64,000 bases of DNA from the NCBI RefSeq assembly GCF_035594765.1, contig NC_085842.1:255141747-255205746 (forward strand). Direction: 5' to 3'. The position numbers and the translations under genes are program-made. Of this stretch, positions 1 through 13,200 are shown piece by piece. Under the pieces are notes generated by a model that had not been told where the DNA came from, searched no databases, and saw only the letters and a list, made by a program, of their open reading frames with translations. Positions within the stretch are counted from its first letter, which is position 1, and the number at the start of each line of letters is the position of its first letter. The stretch is from Anolis carolinensis (Eukaryota).

Positions 1-631
1 TAGAGTTCAAAGTAAGTCCAAGGCAAGGAATTGAAGACAAGACTGGATTCTTGACACAAAGATGCAAGGCTGGAAACACGGCGAAATAGGACAAGGAACA
101 CGGCAAGGCAAGGCACGATGAGACTGGAAGTTAGCGGACTTAAAACGCAGTCCACACTTGGCTGGAACCGAAGCTAATCCTTCGAACTGACTTGTTGACT
201 CCGCGAGGGCTAGCCAGTGCGGGGAAATTTTAAAGAACTTCAAATCTTTCTACAAAGCAGGTGTCCAGTGCTCCTTTTCCCAAGGGAAAAGAACTGAAAC
301 AACATCTTCATCCAGATGCAATCCTCCCTGAGAATTCTCAGGGGAAACGAGCTAATTAGCACTCTCTCTGGCCGATAATCGGGCGCTTTTTCGTGTTTGC
401 GATTTCTCTGAATGGCTAGCTTCCCAAAACTCCCTTCTCGCAAAGGGGGGAGAGGTGCTGGGAATAGGCGCCTGTTCAAGGTCCTTTTTAATGAGCTCCG
501 GGCTAGAATTGTCAACAAAAGGCATCTGGAAAGGAACAACCACTTGCTGAAACGGCAGAAATCCCATTTCTTCATCACTATGATCCATAATGGTGCCAGG
601 GTCACAACCCAGAGGGCCATGGGACATCACA
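1..631 (-). mobile_element. Probable LTR (Gypsy-like) 5' portion, cut by the window edge
   Basis: Minus strand begins TGTGATG at 631, exactly where the Penelope repeat is interrupted. CpG-richer than its flanks. The other end is not visible. Confidence 0.55.
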
Positions 632-732
632 CCTCACAACCTCTGAGGATGCCTGCCATAGATGTGGGCAAAATATCAGGAGAGAATATCTCTAGAACAT
701 GGCCATACAGCCTGGAAAACATACAACAACCC
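632..732 (+). mobile_element. Penelope-like element terminal-repeat fragment with a degenerate hammerhead motif
   Basis: cctCTGAGGAtgcctgccatagatgtgggcaaaatatcagg...catggccatacagcctggaaaac. Homologous to 4230-4300, 18449-18533, 23520-23590 and 27111-27212. Confidence 0.75.
732..732. other. Right boundary of the Penelope repeat fragment next to the LTR
   Basis: Similarity to the other Penelope copies ends at catacaacaaccc. Confidence 0.4.
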
Positions 733-3700
733 AATGTTCTTATTTCCCCCACTGCAAATCTTATTCTACCCCAGATTCATGAGTATAGTTGCAATGTACT
801 GTCCAAAAAAAAAAAAGCTATGTTTTGTGCATATTTAATGCACATTTTCAAAATAGGTCAATTTTTGCATTTTGCATACCTTTATCAGCCATATTCAATT
901 TGGGATGCACATACTCTTAAAACATATTTCTGTGCATTTTAGAAATACGCACACTATTATTTGGGGATATAAACAATGTATGAATGTGCCAATCTCTCCC
1001 ACCTACTTACCAAAATGTGAATGCACCATAAACCTGGAAATCTATGGACTTTAAGTTGACTCTGTCCTCAGTTTTTGGAGGAGTCATTTAAGAAAACGTT
1101 TTTGTTCTTTTTTAAAAAAAGACAACTTCAATAAATATTTTCTCACAATTCTTACTAGAAACTTCCAAATGAAAAATATGTGTTTCACTACTGAGTCAAT
1201 GTCATTTGTCAGACAGAATGTTGTCATTGTCAACACTAAGTTGCAAGAAACATATTTTACACTTGTTGCCATAGTTTGGTGATAAGTTATCATCTCTACA
1301 ATCTCCACAATCAGAATTAAAGGATCTGTAAAATGAATCCTTGCAGACGTAGGTCATGGCCTTTAAAAATGTTTGCAGAATACTCTATTTATTCTTGCAT
1401 TGATCATGCTGTTCTTGTGGAGACAGATTTCATCCCAGTGCTCCTTATCACCCTGTCAGCTACATAATTGTTGTGAGAAACAATATATTGATATGTTTAA
1501 ACTGTGAACTTTTAATTCCAGTAAAGCATCTGCTTCCATAAACTCTGGTGCAAGATGGACTTAGATGCACATTAAAGCCTTTGTTGTTCAAATCTCAATT
1601 CCCTGACCAACACAAGGTTCCATGAATATAAATTACCACCATATTTATTTTGAGATTAAATTAATGTATCCTCACCCATGCCGCCCAGAATCTTTCATTT
1701 TCTTACTATCGATCCAAGTAAACATTTTGGATGTAGCATTATTCCTGCAATTTCCAAAAATGCATAATAGCACATTATCTTTAAACCTAAAATCATGTAG
1801 TTTGGATTGATTGAGAAGACTTTGTTTTACAGTTAATTATTTAGTATTGAGTAGGTTGGGAAAGTATGATAGGAAATTGGTCTTTTAAAAGTATACTTTT
1901 ATAAACCGTTGAAGTGTGTGCCCATAAACAATTCCATCCTTTACTCACCTTGTCTTAGGAGAAAGATGGGATGTAAATCAATCAATCAGTCAGTCAGTCA
2001 GTCAGTCAATCAATTCAAATTTTAAATAGTATTCATGTATATTTGTCTCTTCCTTCAACTTTTCTTTGCATTGAAACAACAATCTTCAGTCTTAATGACA
2101 GAGCATATGCACATAGCTATAATACAGTTCTACACAAATCTCTATAGTTACAAAATAACCAAGTACAAATTACAGGTGCAGAAATATTCCAGTGTTTATG
2201 AAGACAGTAACCGAAACATTATCATTGAGATACTTGTTAGAGCCTACTATTATTCATAATGACTACATTTAAACAGCTGCACCCTAGTAGATCATACAAA
2301 TACACAAATTTTCTACTTTCTTCTTTCTAATGTGAATTTCATCATCAAGTAGATTTTTTAAAAAAACAATGCTATTTTCTGTGCAAAATAATCACCTGAC
2401 AATTTTAAGAAGAGTAAGTCCTTGTCAGTTTACAGTTCTTAAATCAGAGTTTTTCAACACTCAAATAACATGGTCTTAACCATTTTCTAGACATTTTTAA
2501 TGCTCTCTCCATCCCTAAGCCCTAGTAATATGAGGGTAAAAAACAGCAAGAGCAACTGAGATCTTTCATCTAACATGCCCAGTCATTTCTCTCTTGAAAG
2601 ACAGGCTATATGGGCCATGCACCTCTGATAGCCATATAGACTATCCTTGTGCCTAGTATGTTTTCTCAGATGTGGTGGAGAATGCTGTCTCATTAGCTTC
2701 TGTAGATGGAATGAAGAGAGAAACCATTTGTTCTTTGCCTTAGGCAGCCTTATGTCTTCAACTGGCCCAGGAGAAAGAAATATGATTTTGATATGTTGTA
2801 CCTTCCGGTGAAGTTGGCCTGTCAAAATGAAACACTTAAATTTCTCAATGCTTTAAACTGTGTTAAACGTATAATTTTATATACATTGAAATACTATTTT
2901 CTGACTTTAAGTCACTAATTTGTATTTAAGTTTTCATTAGTATTAACATCAATTTACTGTTTCATCATTCTTTTAACCCTTTGTATCCATTATATGTCAA
3001 AAGGTTATTCTGAACCCTCTTTTGAAAATTGGCTTCAATTTGAATGCTTGAACTACACAGTAAAATTTTATTCAATTATAAATTGATCTGGTCAATGATT
3101 GAATAGATATGCCATTAAAGAACCCAAATTGCTGCACTGTAAGTGATTAACCATACTTAGCTGCATGCATAAGAAATGGATTCATTGCTTCTTATAGGCC
3201 TCAGGGCTGCCATATATTCTTCAGGATTCCAAATCTATCTAATTGACTTATGCAAAACATCAGAGAAGCAAGTGGCTTAACCAGTCATGCTAAATTGTTC
3301 AACCACTGATTCTTATATAAAAATCACTCTACAGTGCAAAATAAAGAGGCAAAGTTAATATACTCATAATTGGAGCGAGACCAGATTAAAAGCACACCCA
3401 TTAAAATCAGTTAAGTAATTGTGAGAAAATTAAATCACATTGAATTCAATAGATCTGTTCTGAAGAAAAATAATTATGTATCCAACCTATAATATTTAAA
3501 AGTAATCTTTTGCCTTTAAAATGATAAATCTATTACTAAGAAGTAAGAGAATTTCAGGGACAGGATCAAAATAAAGGAATGCACAATCTCCCCATAATAA
3601 AGTTCCCCAACAAAGAAATCAAAGAAGCAAATAGATATTTATTGACCCCAGTTGTGATTTGACAACACAGGTTGAAATATATCTGTCCAATGCAAAGGTT

Positions 3701-3848
3701 CACTCACTATTTGGCTAAACAGGGAGGTCTGGATATGCAAATCCTTCATTCTGGGATGCTTTGAAATACACACTAAAGACTTGTAATCCAGTGTAACCAC
3801 CACAGTTAAAAAGTAGCATTTTACTAAACTGCCAAACTAAACTGTAAT

Positions 3849-5117
3849 CAGGGCTGGCCCTAGGTAATTTTCAAGTGTAAGCAAACAGAATTTTGGCGCC
3901 CCTCCCCAAACCAATCACTGAAAAATAAAAGCGTTGGATAAGCGAAAATGCTGGATAATAAGGAGGGATTAAGAAAAAGCCTAAGTAAAGAAGAACACAC
4001 TGAAAACAGGGGAAATCCAGACAGGAAACAATCAGAGCCAGCTAACACCTCTCAACCAAGGATGTCCCCAGGGAAGAAGCAGCCAGGCTTTGAATCTGCA
4101 AGGCCATTAAATGCTAATCAAGCTGGCCAATTGCAACATTCACACTAGCCTCAAACAGACAAGAGCTCTTTCTCCAACCCTGGACTTTCCACAGATATAT
4201 AAACCCTACTTACCTAGCTTCCAACAGACCTCAGAACCTCTAAGGATGCTTACCATAAATGTGGGTGAAACATCAGGAGAGAATGTTTCTGGAACATGGA
4301 GACCTGGCCTCAAGGGCAAAGGCCAGAACAGGCCACGGCCGCAGCCGCATGAAGGCCTCTTACCTGCCAGGGTCTCTGGCGACCCATCCCAAGGCAGCCG
4401 GCGGGACCGAGCAGTAAACCAGTGCTGGTCCCACCGAGGAGAGGAACAGAGAGATAGGCAGCCACTTGCGCCACACAGTTACTTGACCACGCCCCATATA
4501 CTTCGAGGATACAGGGCGGGGCCAAGCACCCTCATGGCGCATGCACTGTGGTTGGAGAGGGCGCCCCACCCATCTTGCTGTTTGGACCACCTCTGGCAAA
4601 TGGGTGAGATGGGCGGAGCGCCCTCTCCGACCACTGGACATGTACCATACGGCCGCTTAGCCCCGCCCCATATCCTCGAAGGATATGGGGCAGGGCCAAG
4701 CGGCCACATGGCACAAGTGACCACCCATCTTGCTGTTCCTCCCCTTGGTGGGGCTGATGCCAGTTTACCGTTCAGTCCCTGCTTCGGGATGGGTCGCCAG
4801 AGGCTCTGGCAGGTAAGAGGCCTTCCTGCCTCAGCAGCCTTGCCTGGTCTCCAACCAGTCCGCCCTGCTGCCCCTTGGGAAGGTGTATTTGGCGGGGAGG
4901 AGACAGCCTTCAGGTGCAGGCCAGGATCGTTTGCCTGTCCTTAAAGGGGCAGCAGGGAAGCCTGGTTGGAGGCCAGGCCACAGAGGCAGGAAGGCCACGC
5001 CTGGGTGGAGGTGCCTCAACGGTTGCTGAAGGCGCTATCCTCCAGCCTCAACTGCACCCCATAGAGGATGGCGCCTTCAGAAACTGCCTAATTTGCCTTG
5101 CGGTTGAACTGCTCCTT
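3849..5117 (+). mobile_element. Composite non-autonomous hAT transposon with captured cargo
   Basis: Left end CAGGGCTGGCCC and degenerate right end GAACTGCTCCTT. 8-bp TSD actgtaat (3841-3848) / agtgtaat (5118-5125). First ~135 bp match 39940-40073 in reverse. Confidence 0.85.
4003..4300 (+). mobile_element. Penelope-like 3'/pLTR fragment nested in the hAT element
   Basis: Contains gatatataaac, followed by the same hammerhead-like block as 632-732. Confidence 0.7.
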
Positions 5118-5596
5118 AGTGTAATATCATCACCCTTCCACTAAGCACAGCATCGGGTGGTTAGTAAGGACAAACATTATCATAGAATAATTGAGTATAA
5201 AAGATCACAAGTGCCATCCAATTTATGAAGCCAAAACCTGACTGGTAAGTTTTTCATGCCATTCCTGTCTTCCTTAATTTCCACTGAAAAGGTTGGAAGG
5301 ATAAACATGCCAATTAGAGATTTAAAAATCACAACATTCATAAAGTTTAATTAGAGGTGGAAAACAGTGTTTCTCTTACTGTTGCTAGTACAAATGTCAT
5401 CATCCCAAGCCATTTCTCAAGCTAGTGTCAGTTGATGACAGGAGGAATCCTATAACATCTGAAGGATTGCCGGTTGTCTCACTGTTATTTAATGTATCAT
5501 TTGTATGCTTCTTTCTAATTTTTCAAAGAGTTTTTTTTAAAAAACGACTGAGGGAAAATATATAAATAAATATGTTTCAAAATGCTATGTAAGCTA

Positions 5597-6082
<486 letters not shown>

Positions 6083-6088
6083 CTATAG

Positions 6089-6248
6089 CAGAGCTGGGCA
6101 AACTTTGGCCCTTCAGATGTTTTGGACTTCAACTCCCAGAATTGCTATACAGCCGATAGGAATCTGCTATGACCTGGGTTATCGGTGTCCACAGTGCCAT
6201 ATAATCCAGTTCAATGTGGATTGTATACAGCTGTGTGGAAGGGGCCTA
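6089..6248. mobile_element. Half hAT MITE plus half palindromic Harbinger-like MITE
   Basis: 6089-6145 matches the arm of 42175-42265. 6172-6248 matches the right arm of 8127-8484. Confidence 0.6.
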
Positions 6249-7430
6249 ACTGTCAATGTTCAGAGAACATTGGGTAGATCAAGGTAATGGAGTGCTAAAA
6301 AAATAATAAAATATAAGCAAATGCTAAATAATTGTTTAGTCAATATATGCAGTCTAAACATCGAATAGCTTTCATATAACAATCAATAACACCTCCAAGT
6401 CAAATATTTATAAATGGCATATCTGTAATTAATTTCCCAATTGTTTATTAGCCTTGATCAATAACTTGCAAAGTGACATTAAAACATAATGTATTTATTT
6501 TTATTCTGCCACCCAGATTCATGCAAAATATCAGTTCAGTAATACTTCAGTTCATTTCTAATTATTTATTATTAATAATTAGTAGACTTTATAGCTGAAT
6601 CTGTTAAAGCAATTAATCACAGAAGTACAGAGTAAGCAAAGTGAAAACTATTTCCAAAACCAGAAAAAATGCCTTTTTTAAAGTTAAGTTTTTGCTAGGT
6701 CTCCTAGCCAGCACAGCATTCGTGAGCAACACAGAAAGGATCAGCAAGAGCATTTCAAAACCAAATGATGAAATAAAGGCAAAAATCAATAATGAATTTC
6801 AACCTCTTGGCACTCCACTGTAAATGACAATCCTTAGATTCAGGGCAGGGCATAATAAAGACTTCCCATTCCAAGATAGAAGGTATAGAATGAAATGCCT
6901 CAGAGTTTCTCCAGAAAAAAAATCTTATTTTAACGTGTGTCCTGATCGTGAGCAGATTCTCCTCAAGAAAATATCTACAGGCAACCATGGATTTGCATGC
7001 TAATCCAATTTGTCAAGCCACTGTGAATCAACAATTCAAAGTCACAGGGCTGCTTGTCATTTATCCGGAAAGACAGGAGATGATGGTGACCCAAGCCTAT
7101 CTATAGATAATTCAAAATCAATGTACAAGTATTTAAATTAAGGATGTTTGCTCAGGCAGAAACAGAATGAGCCACAGCTTCAATATCAATCTCTTCTATA
7201 AATAAGTTTCTTAAACCCATAGCTTGGCACAGTTCATCTGAGAACTGAAGGAGAGTTAGTCACCTTATAAAAGATAAAAATATCTGTGATTATGCCTATT
7301 TACAATGTTATAATTGAATAAGACAAAGTAAACAGGCGTATGTACCTGAAAGACAGGGTTTCTAACTGCATTTTGAAATGGTAAACACATAAATATCATA
7401 TAAAAAGTACTATCTTCATCGACTTTTTTC

Positions 7431-7670
7431 TGTTGTTGTTTATTCGTTCAGTAGTTTCTGACTCTTTGTGACTTCATGGCCCAGCCCACGCCAGAGCTCC
7501 CTGTCGGCTGTTGCTGCCCCCAGCTCTTTCAAGGTCAAGCTAGTAACTTCAAGGATAACATCCATCCATCTTGTCTTTGGTCTGCTCCTCTTCCTTTTTC
7601 CTTCTATTTTCTCCAGCACCATTGTTTTCTCCAAGCTAGCCTGTCTTCTCATTATGGGCCGAAGTATTTT
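7431..7670 (-). mobile_element. RTE-clade LINE 3' fragment
   Basis: ORF 7440..7691 encodes SLEKTMVLEKIEGKRKRSRPKTRWMD...WRGLGHEVTKS (RTE C-terminus), with a (CAA)n-type tail. Confidence 0.85.
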
Positions 7671-7694
7671 ACCTTTGCCTTTATTATTCACAAA

Positions 7695-8098
7695 TTATTG
7701 ATATACAATTTGGTTTTTGGTGCCCCATGGTCAGTTTTTCCCTTATTCTGTTTTTCGTTCCTGCAGCAGAAAGATTTGTTTTTGTTCTGGGAAGATCTGG
7801 CCCATTGGCAGCAATGGGAACACTTCTGGTCATTTTTAGGTCATCAGGCTTACGAAACCACCTTTTCTGGGGTTGTTTCCACTAACTTCCTCCAACTAGA
7901 CCTGGGTTAAGGCATCAGAATTAAGGAAACATGTTTCCTGGGATCCTTTCCTCTAATATCCTCCATCTAGTCCTGGGTTAAGGCATCAGACTTAAGAAAC
8001 CACCTTTTCTGGGGCCTTACCTTAAATATCATTCATCTAGTCCTGGGTTAAGACGTCAGACTTTTCTGGGATCTTTTCCCCTTCAACTAGACTTAGGG
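7695..8098. repeat. Internal fragment of the TAGGG-ended hAT-like family with ~70-bp imperfect tandem repeats
   Basis: ctag(a/t)cctgggttaag(g/a)c(a/g)tcaga occurs three times. gggaagatctggcccattggcagcaatggg matches 52150-52180 in reverse. Confidence 0.6.
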
Positions 8099-8126
8099 AG
8101 GAATAAACTCTCCCCATGGGGACTCA

Positions 8127-8484
8127 GGGTGCTTCCACACAGCAATATAGCTTAAAATTTTATATAATGTGATTTTATTTTGTAATGGTATCTGTTTTAT
8201 ATGAATTGTTGTTTTGTAGATTGTTTTATATGAATTGCTGTTTTTACATTGTTTTTAGGCACTGAATTTTTGCCTATTTACCATAAGCCGCTTTGAGTCC
8301 CCTCGGAGAGAAAGGCAGGGTAAAAGTGTTGTAAATAACTAAATAAATAAATAAATAACTCAGAATATCAAGGCAGAAAATCCCACAATAACTGCTTTGA
8401 ACTGGGTTATCTGAGTCCACATTGCCATATATTCCAGTTCAAAGCAGAAAATGTGGGATTTGATTCAGCTGTGTGGAAGGGGCC
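8127..8484. mobile_element. Palindromic PIF/Harbinger-like MITE interrupted by an L2-type 3' tail (about 8150-8357)
   Basis: TIR gggtgcttccacacagc / gctgtgtggaaggggcc with 3-bp TSD tca/tca. The insert ends in the stem-loop gccgctttgagtcccctcggagagaaaggc plus (TAAA)n. Confidence 0.7.
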
Positions 8485-8732
8485 TCAAGGTAGTCAGGCA
8501 TTCTCTTCCCTTCAGTAAATCACCCCAATATTTAAACAAATACCCCTCCACAAATGCCCTGTCACACACCTCCCCCCAGTGCATACACATCCTCACTTTT
8601 CTAGCAAGATAGTAAAAAAGGAATGAAAGATGTTAAACTTAGAAAAATAAATGAAATTGCCAAAGGAAAAGATTGGAATTGAGTCCAAAAGCTTGGCTCA
8701 AGCAAGCAGCAGGGTTCACAGCCTCACAGGGA

Positions 8733-8786
<54 letters not shown>

Positions 8787-8895
8787 CACTTGGGAAGTGT
8801 TTGACTTGTGGTTTTGTGACACGAAATCCAGCATATCTTTCTTGTTTGTTGTGTCATACTATGTCGTTGTGTCAATAATAATAATAATATAATAC
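8733..8895 (+). mobile_element. (AAT)n microsatellite containing a ~88-bp probable R4/Dong LINE 3'UTR (8786-8873)
   Basis: Unique block cacttgggaagtgtttgac...gttgtgtc flanked on both sides by (AAT)n. Dong/R4 elements are known to target TAA repeats. Confidence 0.5.
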
Positions 8896-10250
8896 TTTAT
8901 TTTTGTATCCCGCCACCATCTCCCCGAAGGGACTCGGGGCAGCTAACATGGGGCCAAGCCCAGAAAAGACAAAGTATAAACAAGTTAAACTATAAAACCA
9001 AACAATAAAATAACAAGCAGAATTCAAGCACAATTATACATAAACTCATAGGGGGAAAGGCGGTCACGAAGTTAGGTGGGTCCCGAACCATGTATGGCTT
9101 TGTAGGTGATTACCTGCACCTTGAATAGGGACAGGAAGGTGAACGGCAGCCAATGGAGCTCCTTAAACAAGGGGGTGGACCTATCCCTGTAAGTTGCTTC
9201 AGTTAGCAGTCTGGCTACCGGTCGTTGGACTAGTTGTAATTTCTGTGCTGTCTTCAAGGGCAGCCCCACATAGAGTGCATTGCAATAATCCATTTTGTAG
9301 GTAACTAAGGCGTGGACCACCATGGCCAAGTCAGACTTCATGAGGTACGGTCACAGTTGGTGCACAAGTTTTAATTGTGCAAAGGCCCTCACCTGAGCAT
9401 CAAGTATCAGCGTTGAATCCAGAAGGACCCCCAAACTGCGGACCTGCGCCTTCAAGGGGAGTGCGACCCCATAGAGTACAGGTTGCCACCCTATGCTCCA
9501 ATCCGCCGAACGACTGACCTGGAGGACCTCTGTCTTGTAAGGATTAAGCTTCAGCTTGTTCGTCCTCATCCAGCCTAGCCCAGTGGCCAGGCACTGGTCC
9601 AGAATCCGAGGGGCTTCCTTGGAATTCGGTGGAAAGGAGTAGTAGAGTTGAGTGTCATCTGCGTAGAGATGGCACCAAACTCCAAAACTCTGGATGACCT
9701 CTCCCAGCAGTTTCATGTAGATATTAAAAAGGATGGGGAAGAGAATGGAACCCTGCAGGACTCCACAGGACAATGGCCAGGGGTCCAAGCAGGTGTCCCC
9801 CAGCTTCACAATCTGGGAATGGCCCTCCAGGAAGGACTGGAACCACTACAAAGCAGTACCCCCAAGGCCCATGCCAGAGAGCCGTCCCAGAAGGATACCA
9901 TGGTCGATGGTATCGAAAGCCGCTGAGATGTCCAAGAGAACCAGCAGGGTCACACTCCCCCTGTCCAGTTCCCTGTGGAGGTCATCCACCAAGGCAACCA
10001 AAACTGTCTCGGTACTGTGCCCAGGTCTGAAGCCAGACTGCAACTGATCCAGAAAATTGGTGTCATCTAGGAACCCCTGGAGCTGCGAGAAGGTTAGAGA
10101 TTGGTCTGTAGTTATTTAACACAGAAGAATCAAGGGAGGTCTTTTTCAATGTAGGTTTTACTATGGCCTGCTTAAGTCAAGTTGGAAATTTCCCTTGGAC
10201 TAGCAAGGTGTTTATGATGGTCACAAACCAATCAACTAGCCAACCACTGC
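8896..10250 (-). mobile_element. L2-clade LINE, 5'-truncated, frameshifted reverse-transcriptase region
   Basis: QSGFRPGHSTETVL, LVLLDISAAFDTIDH, GVLQGSILFPILFNIYM, HLYADDTQLY, DYCNALYVGLP and LHWLP motifs in ORFs 9072-10043. 3' stem-loop at about 8910-8945. Confidence 0.92.
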
Positions 10251-13200
10251 CTGAGTGAACCCAAAGAGGCTCACATCATCCTTAAAAATATACATAGTAA
10301 AATAAAGCCATTAACTAAAAACAGATAATAAAAGATCCAAGAATAATCCCTAACAACCTTTATATTATAAATAATAAAAGTTAAAACCAGTCTAAAATTC
10401 TCCGTACGACCATAAAGTGCCTGGCTAGACTTCAATAGCATGTTGAGTGGGGTGGGGTGGGGGTGTAAGGGAAAACTATGGGAAATAGCAATTGTTATAA
10501 AAATGGGCTTTTCTATTAAAATGTCTATATAGCTAGAGATAAACCTAGATTAAAAGTGGGGTTACAAAATCAAAATTGATATGTCAGGGCCAAACCATAT
10601 TTTTGCACTGTTTCTGCCTCATTCAGATGAAACACAGAAGGATACTTCATTTTTGCATGAAATGAAGCATTTCCTTTTTGCTTAATGACCCATTTCTTTG
10701 GAGAGTGTAATATACAACTCCAGAAACTTCTGTGTAACGTGTCCTGAGGAAGGTCAACTCTGTTTCTGCCAGAAAAGTGTTGGGATTTTAAAAATAATGT
10801 GACATTCTATTAGCATATGGAGCTGGGGTCTCCTGATTTGGTTTGCAACCTTCCCATTCTTCTAGAATCCCCTTTTCAGAATTCCTATTTTCTGTCTCAT
10901 TTTTAGTATTAAAACCAGAATAAGAAAAATGTCTGCTGATGGAAGATGGGAAGTCTGCCAAGGAAGGGAGAGGGTTCAGTTCCCCTCAACCATGTGTTTA
11001 TGTTGAAGTTTAAAGTAAAATCAGACCAAGAAACTTGAATCAAAGTGAGTGACCTCCAAATCAATCCTAGAAGAGCTTAAATGTTTCCCAAATCTCTGAA
11101 CTAAGGTCTAAGCCACATCTTGTTACCCTAAATAGATTAGGCATTTGATTGTACCCTAAATAAATTAGATATGACCATAGCAGCCATGATTATGCATATG
11201 GCAGTCCATTCCTAATTAAATAGGAAAGTGGATGGTCTGATTTTATGACTGTTTTTGACTAGGAAAAATAGTTTACAAAGATTCTTTCTATCCCTACAGG
11301 GCTAAGATAGAAGTTCAATATTAATCTAAATTGTGGAATTACACACAGTTGGCCAAGATTTCTAGTAATTTGAAGCATGGAAGCCATGAGCTTTTAGGGA
11401 AAACTTGGAAGCTGGTTATAGCATATCCGATGGGAGAATTTAAGAAATAAAAACAAGAGGAATATATTGATTTAAAATTATAGAGGGGTAAATAAAATGA
11501 GAATAAACTCCACAAGGATTTGTGACAGAAACCAAGGAGGTGGAACGGCTGGTGGGCTGTCTATGTATGTGTATGGTACATGTTTGTATATGTGTATTAT
11601 AGGTGTATTATAATAAATTATATTTTTGAAAAGATTCATCTAAATCCAAAGCACACCCCTGCCATTTACTGGGAATAACTCAAACTGAACCCAATTAAGG
11701 GTTGATTGTACTGTCATATCAATATTTTAACATAATGTGATCTGGATCTTACTCCCCTCTTTTATGAGGCACCATACTCTTCAATAGCATGTTTTTAATG
11801 TACATCTCTAATGGAGCATCTCTGCATTCATTTTGTTGCCTATGTTGTACTTGTGTTGCTCAGCAGACATAGCAGACCTCATCATATTAAAGCGAGGGAA
11901 GTGGAGAAAAGCGGAGTGAACCGTCTTCTCTCACTCCCCACCATGCATTTCCATCCTCAGGGATGACAGCCATCCCCTATACTTTCAGCTTCTTTCCATG
12001 CTTTCTCTGCAGCTTCTTCAGTTGTCAGTCAGGTAGTGCCTGTCTCCTGAAAATAGAGTCTTCCCTTCATTTCCTTGTGCTGCAGCCATGAAGTCCCACA
12101 GGCAACCACCAGAAGTGGCCATGCATCATGCAATGGCCTCAGTGGGACTCCGTTTTATCAGCACAGAGAAACAAAGAGAAGATTGTGACATGGCAGTGTG
12201 GGATGAAGTCCACAGTATCAAGATAATGCTATGATCTCCACTGCTCTTTTCAAATAGTGCCACCATAGGATCAGCTTTCCTGTATTTCAGGAATAAAATG
12301 CCCTATTGGAAGTCTTTTTCTTTACTAAACAAACGGATTGACATAAATGATTATAACAAACATTAAAACTACTCATATTCTTTTTCCTACATCCAGCCAT
12401 ATGTTTAAACTTGGAAAAGAACATATTAAAATATGTTTCCTACCACTCAAAAAAATGCCTTGGTGGCTCTGCATACTAAGGAAATTGATGGCTATGCCTT
12501 CACCTTATTAGTGCTTCAGAAGATCATACTGAACAGAAAATACTCATAGCTGCTGGAATTTATCTCTGACAGCACTCAGATAAGACATTGTTGCACCCTG
12601 GGGAAACTATGAAAGGTTCAAGCTGTTTCTGTAAACCTATCTTTCTATATACTACATACACAGTTTCTTCATGATCAGGAAACAAATAAACAAACAAAAG
12701 CATTGCCAAGAAACTTGAGATGAAATGAATGTCTGCCAAAATAGAAGACTCAAAATGTGCAAAGGAAACACTATCTCAAACCTCTTGAACAATGTCTGTG
12801 TCACCGTTTTGTTATTCCTGATCTCATTTTCATTAGCCTCCATTGTGGCAGGATGCATAGTGGTGCAACTAATGTCAATTGCACTTTATGATGTAAAAGC
12901 CACAGGTCTGTGCTACCAAGGATCTGTGGATTTGACTCACATCACTTTTTTCTTTGACTTGTTCCTCACAGCCTTTGTAATATAAATCAGGAGCTAAAAT
13001 CTAACACCTTAGACCTAGGAGATATGACTCTGATTGCATTGATACAATTAATGAACATGGCTTTGACGTACCCATAGAAGTAACAAGGAAGCCTAGCTGG
13101 ACATAGGAATCATGAGAAGGGGAGAAGTTTGATTCAACAGCAGCCTCTGAAAGGTGATTTATGTCAATATGAAGGTAGGAAGATAAAGAATTATTTTCCC

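Noticed and set aside
412-942. 176-aa ORF
   Set aside because: It runs across LTR, Penelope and AT-rich sequence, consistent with a chance open frame.
4111-4944. Longest ORF (277 aa)
   Set aside because: It crosses the Penelope/GC-rich cargo junction, has no recognisable domain, and GC-rich DNA is stop-poor in several frames.
7850-8098. Regularly spaced repeats superficially like CRISPR (also 31657-31860, 59270-59625)
   Set aside because: Eukaryotic context, whole units are homologous with no unique spacers, and there are no cas genes.
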